From: an uncultured Verrucomicrobiae bacterium
GTDB lineage: Bacteria > Verrucomicrobiota > Verrucomicrobiia > Chthoniobacterales > JAFAMB01
Reading direction: 5' to 3'
Length of the DNA stretch: 64,000 bases
Assembly: GCA_963837955.1 (NCBI GenBank)
Contig: CAWIPH010000002.1
Coordinates: 832,001 to 896,000 of the forward strand
This document shows, piece by piece, positions 58,815 to 64,000 of this stretch; position 1 is the first letter of the stretch, and each line of letters opens with the position of its first letter. The translations under genes were made by a program, and so were the position numbers. The notes beneath the pieces are model-generated. The model was not told where the DNA came from, searched no databases, and saw only the letters and a list, made by a program, of their open reading frames with translations.

Positions 58815-59585
58815 TTAGCTGGATTTCCAAGCAGTAATGTCCGCGGACGCCACGTAGTCATCGAGCTTGCCCGTCGAAGTGTCGCCCTGAATAAACTCGC
58901 TACTCGTTCTTTTTACTTGGATACCCACGCGTTCGAAACCGGCTGCGACGAGCCATTCTTTTATCTCATCGACCGAGACAGCACCCGCGAGGCAGCCGGT
59001 GTAGGCCGCCACGTCCTCTTGAAGCTCCTGAGGGAGAGGCGCAATTGCGACCATGTCAGCAACCGCAAAGCGCCCTCCGCTCTTCAAGACACGAAACGCT
59101 TCGCGGTAGACGCGCCGTTTGTCGGTCGAGAGATTGATTACGCAGTTCGATATCACTGCATCAGCCGTCCGATCAGCCACCGGTAAGTTTTCAATTTCAC
59201 CCAAGCGGAACTCGACGTTGGTAAACCTGCCAGCAATGGCATTCTTTCTGGCCCGCGCCAACATCTGAGGAGTCATATCGACGCCGATAACCGCTCCGGC
59301 CGGACCAACTTCTTTCGAGGCAAGAAAGCAATCGACTCCTCCGCCGCTGCCGAGATCAACGACGACTTCTCCGGATCGTAGCTTGGCGAATGAAATAGGA
59401 TTGCCGCATCCTAGACCCATCTCCGATCGCTCTGGCAGCGCGGCCAGATCTTCCTTCGTGTACCCAAGCTTTTGCGAAATACCTTCGGTCTGACAGGATT
59501 CTTTTTCAGAGCAGCAGCTCCGCGCGTCTTCAGCAACGCTGGCGTAGTGCTCTCGTACCTTCTCTCGCATGTCAATTTCATTCAT
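58815..59585 (-). CDS. arsM: Arsenite S-adenosylmethionine methyltransferase
   Basis: N-terminal CC, GLGCGNP, DLGSGGG.DC, GVDMT, SNCVINLS, GC.AGA. Confidence 0.9.
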   Translation of the reverse strand: MNEIDMREKVREHYASVAEDARSCCSEKESCQTEGISQKLGYTKEDLAALPERSEMGLGCGNPISFAKLRSGEVVVDLGSGGGVDCFLASKEVGPAGAVIGVDMTPQMLARARKNAIAGRFTNVEFRLGEIENLPVADRTADAVISNCVINLSTDKRRVYREAFRVLKSGGRFAVADMVAIAPLPQELQEDVAAYTGCLAGAVSVDEIKEWLVAAGFERVGIQVKRTSSEFIQGDTSTGKLDDYVASADITAWKSS

Positions 59586-59883
59586 AAATGTGTCTCCATA
59601 GAAGAAGACGCCGTTTCCGAAGAAAGGACGCAGAAAGAAAGGTCGGCGCCTTGCGTCTGCTAGGGGTGCGCGCACGAAACGGAAAATAAAGCACGGTAAG
59701 GAGCGAAATCTCCTCGTGGATGAGAGTGCGAACGTTGGTCAGCAAGGCTAAATCCTGCGCAACAAGGCAGCCGGTGTGTCCCATGCCAGTCGTCACATAA
59801 AACGAGCTGTAATCGAATTCTGGAGCGTTTTCTTTTCGTTGAATAATCCTTGGAAGGCCTAGACGTACTTTATTTTCCGTTTC

Positions 59884-60850
59884 GTGTGCGGACCCCGTAT
59901 AGCCGGTGCCACAGGCGCCATCCGGGCCGCACAGCGTGGCGTGAATGCTCTGTTGATTGAGCAAAACGGTGGTGCCTTTGGTCTCCAAGCCCGGAGCAAC
60001 AGCCGCTGGATAGATCCAGTACAGTATGACTGGCCGGCCGGACACTGGGACCAATCGAGATACCCTCTGCGTCCGCCGCCGATGCCGCTTGGGTTTTATG
60101 CTGGATATTCACGGAACTTGGCGATCTACTGGGATGCCCTGCTTCACCGCCATATCGTTCTAAACCGACCTCGCCTCAACTATCAGCGCAATGTCCGGGT
60201 CGTCGGGGTTTGGCCGGGAACTCGATCAGCGCTTTTTATTAATCTGCAGACCCCAATGGGTTCTGGAAGCTTGCACGCTGATTTGGTGATCTGGGCCGTC
60301 GGCTTTGGGGACGAGAAGACCAGTATCCAACGCAAAACGGGGGGACACTCTCCGGTCCACCATTCTGGTCTAGCGACAAAGTGCAAGATCCACGATGCGG
60401 TATCGTTAATACTCAGAGCCGCGTGTTGATTCTGGGATCCGGCGACGGAGCTTTGCAGGACTTTCTTCGAGCAGCAACAGCGGAACGGTCGGCTCGAGAG
60501 ATCTGGAATAAGTTAGGGATGCCTGGTCAGATTTTGACTGAAGCGCAAGATGTCGAGGCCCAGTTTCATAGGGCTTTGACTTGGTGCAATGGCGGCGTTG
60601 ATGAAGCACGCTTGTTTGAAACCCGCGACAAGTCCTACCGCGACTGAGTTGACCGCCTGTGGTTGATGTCTGGGTTCCCGGCCCGTGCGGCGAGCGTCCT
60701 GCGCACCGATATAGACTCACTAATAGTGGCTTTCCCTACGACTTATCTGACGGCGTACTATGGGCTGAATTGCATATTGGCAAGGATCATCGGGCGAGCA
60801 AGGGCTGACGTGCATGGGCTGTCGATCGATGAAGTGTTACGCTGTTGCTG
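59884..60850 (+). pseudogene. Fragmented FAD-dependent oxidoreductase
   Basis: IAGATGAIRAA..G....LIE...LQ....RWIDPVQYDWP; frameshift at G-run near 60340 into FWSSD...VLILGSGDGALQD; in-frame TGA at 60645; 5' and 3' truncated. Confidence 0.7.
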
Positions 60851-60999
60851 GAAAGCGCGAGATGGAGATTTTACGGGTAGTCCACCGGGACTTCGTTTCA
60901 TTGCCGCTGTCAAGACGAGGCACAAAGTTAAGCCCTGATCCTTGCAATTTTGACAGCCCTTTCAAGAAGGCTGGTTTTTCACCTTTCTTACGACAATAA

Positions 61000-62148
61000 T
61001 TGATCGATCCGGAAAACCGCCCCATGGATACGCCTGGTCCTGAAGAATTCGCCGAGATCGAAAGTTGCGGAGGCACTTACAAGCTGATCAAACAACCCGA
61101 CGGCGTCGCCATGAGCATCAGTTTTACCGGAGCTGGTGCAGGTCTTTTGCAAATGGGGATCGCCCTAGATGGTCAGCACCTAGAGTTTTGGCCAGTACTC
61201 GGAATCGATCAACGTCCTCGCAAAGATCCAGCACCGATGGTTCCGGCGTTTTTACCGACGGACAAACTTGGGCTTTACGGTCGTCAGTGCCCGGATTGTC
61301 AAACCTACTTTCGCACAAATGGGATCGCCCAAGTAATGCAGTGTCCCTATTGCGCTATACGGGCTCCGTTGGAAGCATTCACCACGAAGAACCAAGCGGA
61401 TTTTCTAAACCGGCAACGAGAATTGTGGATCACCGCGTTCGATGGGGGCGACGATATTACAATCGACCTCGACCAAATCGCAAGAGAACTACCGCAAAAT
61501 CGGCCAAACTGGATACCTCGGGAACAAGCGCAACAATTTCTGTTCCGCTGCGAGAAGTGTGACAATACTACAGACATACTGGGCGAATACGGCGCTTGCC
61601 CGAGATGCGGCTACCGGAACAGTCTCACGGTCCTGAAGAAGCACTTGAAAGTTCTCGACCAGGAATTCAAGCAGGCGGAAGCCGTACTCAAAGACAAGTT
61701 CGACCGTGGCCAAAAATGGCAATCTTTGCTGCCAAGATACGTTTCTATGTTCGAAGCGATGGCCGGAGACATTCACTCCCAACTCCTACGGTTACCGATG
61801 GTGCCCAAGCGCCGGGAAGAAGTAGAACGCCTTAGCTTCCAGCAAATCAGACGGGCAAACGAAGCGCTTCAAAAGTGCTTCGGCATAGACATCTTCGCGG
61901 GCTTGAAAGATGACGATCAAACATTCCTAAATCGTGAGTTCAACCGCCGGCATCTCATCGTACACAAGGGTGGAAGGGTTGACGAAGAGTACATTCAAAA
62001 AACCGGCGATAACTCCTTAAAGCTCAACCAAACGATCAGAATCCGCAGTGAGGAGATTCCTCGACTGTCTAGACTCGTCCTTCAATGCGCGGAGAACCTT
62101 TTTGAGCAGTTCAATAGCATCACATCTTTAAAGTCTCGCCCTAACTAG
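61000..62148 (+). CDS. Hypothetical protein with four CxxC motifs and C-terminal HEPN-like RxxxxH motif
   Basis: CPDC, CPYC, CEKC, CPRC; helical C-terminus with RRHLIVHKGGRVDEEY; start may be ATG 61024. Confidence 0.7.
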   Translation: MIDPENRPMDTPGPEEFAEIESCGGTYKLIKQPDGVAMSISFTGAGAGLLQMGIALDGQHLEFWPVLGIDQRPRKDPAPMVPAFLPTDKLGLYGRQCPDCQTYFRTNGIAQVMQCPYCAIRAPLEAFTTKNQADFLNRQRELWITAFDGGDDITIDLDQIARELPQNRPNWIPREQAQQFLFRCEKCDNTTDILGEYGACPRCGYRNSLTVLKKHLKVLDQEFKQAEAVLKDKFDRGQKWQSLLPRYVSMFEAMAGDIHSQLLRLPMVPKRREEVERLSFQQIRRANEALQKCFGIDIFAGLKDDDQTFLNREFNRRHLIVHKGGRVDEEYIQKTGDNSLKLNQTIRIRSEEIPRLSRLVLQCAENLFEQFNSITSLKSRPN

Positions 62149-62388
62149 CTAAAGCCCAACAAAACTCAAGGTCGACATTGACGCGCTCGCGACCTGGGTT
62201 GCGGCGATTCGCAAGCGACGGGGCTAGGACATAGATAGAGATCGAGCCTTGCCAATTGAACTGAACGCCTTCCCGCTGAAGCGTGCCTTAAATAGAGCGG
62301 AAAATTCACCTCAAAAATTTGGAAACTCAAAGTGTCATTTTCCACGCTATTTGAGGTGAAATTTTCCACGATATTTTGATGTACTCAC

Positions 62389-62730
62389 TCAATGCGCCTG
62401 GCAGGCCGCTCCCCACTCGCAAAGTCCAAGCAGCAACGGCCGGAGGCTCTCACCGTGCTCCGTCAGCGAATACTCCACCTTGGGAGGCACTTGACGGTAG
62501 ACTTCCCGGTGGATCACCCCATCAGCCTCCAACTCACGCAACTGGTTGGTCAGCGCCTGCTGAGTTGCCCGCACTGGCAACAGGCGGCGTAACTCGCCGA
62601 AGCGCAACGTGCCCTTAGCAACGAGATGATAGAGAATGACCCCCTTCCATTTGCCGCCGATCACGTCAAAAGCCGCTTCAACGGGGCATGCGTGATCACT
62701 AGGCAAGCTGCGTTTCTTCATGGCCGTCAA
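62389..62730 (-). CDS. HxlR-family winged-helix transcriptional regulator
   Basis: CPVE....[34 protein letters not shown]. Confidence 0.93.
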   Translation of the reverse strand: MTAMKKRSLPSDHACPVEAAFDVIGGKWKGVILYHLVAKGTLRFGELRRLLPVRATQQALTNQLRELEADGVIHREVYRQVPPKVEYSLTEHGESLRPLLLGLCEWGAACQAH

Positions 62731-62886
62731 AAAACACCTTTATGGCCCGTCCGTCCAGGGTGGGCCGGAACGATCGCACCGTAGTCTAGTTTTTGTGAGT
62801 ATCTCATAAACTTATGCCTACTTGCCGGTGGTGAAAGGCACGGTAGGCTTAATCGTAGTTGCTTATTTACCGAGTGATTTACCTCC

Positions 62887-63651
62887 ATGAAACGGCACGG
62901 CCAGCACCCCTCCCAAACCCACAGCACAGCGAACCTATTCCGCTCGAAGTTTGACCGGCGGGCCTTCCTGCGGTTGGGCGCGGCAGGCACCTTCGGGAGT
63001 TTGCCTCTCCGGAACGCCAAGGAAGAACCACCTACCATGAACACTGTGACGAAGACACGCCGCCGGAGCAGCGCCGCGCTCTGCCTACTCCTGCTCGCAC
63101 CAGCAGTCGCGCTTGCCCAGCAAGCGCCATCGGCGGCCACGCGCCTGAACGAGCTAGGGCCAGAGAACTCACAACTCGCCCAGCGAGCAGGAACTTGGGA
63201 CGTCACCGAGACAGTCTGGGACGGGCCCAAAGCCGCTCCGGTGGTGACAACAGGTCTGGTCGCCGAACGCCGAATAATCGGGTCGCTGCTCCAGGAAGAA
63301 ATCCGTCCGCCCGCGGACGCCTCCGGCAAAGACATCATGCGCATGGATCTGTTGACTTTCAACCGGGTGGAGGGCCGTTGGGATTACGTCTCGTTCGACA
63401 TCCGCGCTCCTGTCGGACTCATGCCGGCCTGGAGTTCCGTACGCGGTGATGGCGCCACCATCGACCTCACCTTCGCGCCTTTCGCGGTTGCCGGCCCCGG
63501 CACGGAGGTCACGGGCCAGTTGCTGCGGATGGAGCAGGTCATCAAGTACGAGGGACCCGATCGGGAGGTGAAGGATCAGTACTTCATGTTGGCTGACGGC
63601 ACCGGCACCAAATGGCTCGCGCATCGGTACGCCTATGTTCGTCGGCCTTGA
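62887..63651 (+). CDS. Exported beta-rich protein (DUF1579-like)
   Basis: LA..AG.WDV....W, FNR.EGRW..VS.D; alternative start ATG 63038 with Sec signal. Confidence 0.65.
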   Translation: MKRHGQHPSQTHSTANLFRSKFDRRAFLRLGAAGTFGSLPLRNAKEEPPTMNTVTKTRRRSSAALCLLLLAPAVALAQQAPSAATRLNELGPENSQLAQRAGTWDVTETVWDGPKAAPVVTTGLVAERRIIGSLLQEEIRPPADASGKDIMRMDLLTFNRVEGRWDYVSFDIRAPVGLMPAWSSVRGDGATIDLTFAPFAVAGPGTEVTGQLLRMEQVIKYEGPDREVKDQYFMLADGTGTKWLAHRYAYVRRP

Positions 63652-63848
63652 AGTTCCATTTCCGGAGAACGGGTTGCATATGACACGAGATGGTGGCTTC
63701 GCGTTGATCACCGGCGAAAGCAAAGGGAACGCTCAGGCGCCTGACATGGCGGCGCGAAGGTGACGCCGCAAAAACTGCTGCTGGAACAGCTCTTGGGGAG
63801 TTTTTCAGAAAACAATGGAGCGCTGTTGCGTCGGTTCCTGCGCCGCTT

Positions 63849-64000
63849 TCAATACGCCGCGAGTGTTCCTGCCTCGCCCAATGCGAGCGCAATAGCTTTG
63901 CCAATCCCTGAGCTGCCACCTGTTACGATGGCCTTCTGACCGGCGAGCAGCTCCGGAATCGTGGCACTAGGCGGCGTGGGTTCGTCGGACTCAGCAGTCA
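63849..64000 (-). pseudogene. Truncated N-terminus of an SDR oxidoreductase
   Basis: ..ELLAGQKAIVTGGSSGIGKAIALALGEAGTLAAY* stops right after the Rossmann motif; no SDR continuation seen in other frames. Confidence 0.65.

Noticed and set aside
60645..60647. In-frame TGA as selenocysteine/readthrough
   Set aside because: Same gene also has a frameshift and truncations; position is not in a redox motif; pseudogenisation is simpler

Overview
64-kb chromosomal segment of about 55% GC, most likely from a soil Verrucomicrobium (Spartobacteria/Chthoniobacterales-like). This assignment is inferred from a GluRS lacking the zinc-binding insertion, Porin_5-type putative porins, MqnE, a stand-alone PafA-family ligase and an Opitutae-like FlgN. 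Most of the window is housekeeping and transport: RND pump, ddl, pncB, gltX-aroE, gspE-gspF, tamB-tamA, HU, nnr, mqnE, otnKCI, bdh, MFS, arsM and one tRNA-Leu(TAA). Most interesting elements: (1) a fliA-flgN-csrA mini-operon with no flagellar structural genes, a clear sigma54 promoter, two palindromic enhancer-like sites and CsrA-type GGA sites; (2) a Pho locus in which a PhoB-like regulator precedes two tandem paralogous porins, each with a triple Pho-box-like repeat, plus an orphan Pho-box array in front of a structured non-coding stretch; (3) an orphan Pup/UBact-ligase (PafA-like) gene with no modifier or proteasome genes nearby; (4) a decayed accessory island (about 59.7-62.4 kb) with an intact Zn-ribbon + HEPN-like protein among pseudogene fragments; (5) several families of intergenic inverted/tandem repeats. 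No CRISPR array, integrase or transposase was seen. All functional calls come from motif recognition by eye; no database search was run.
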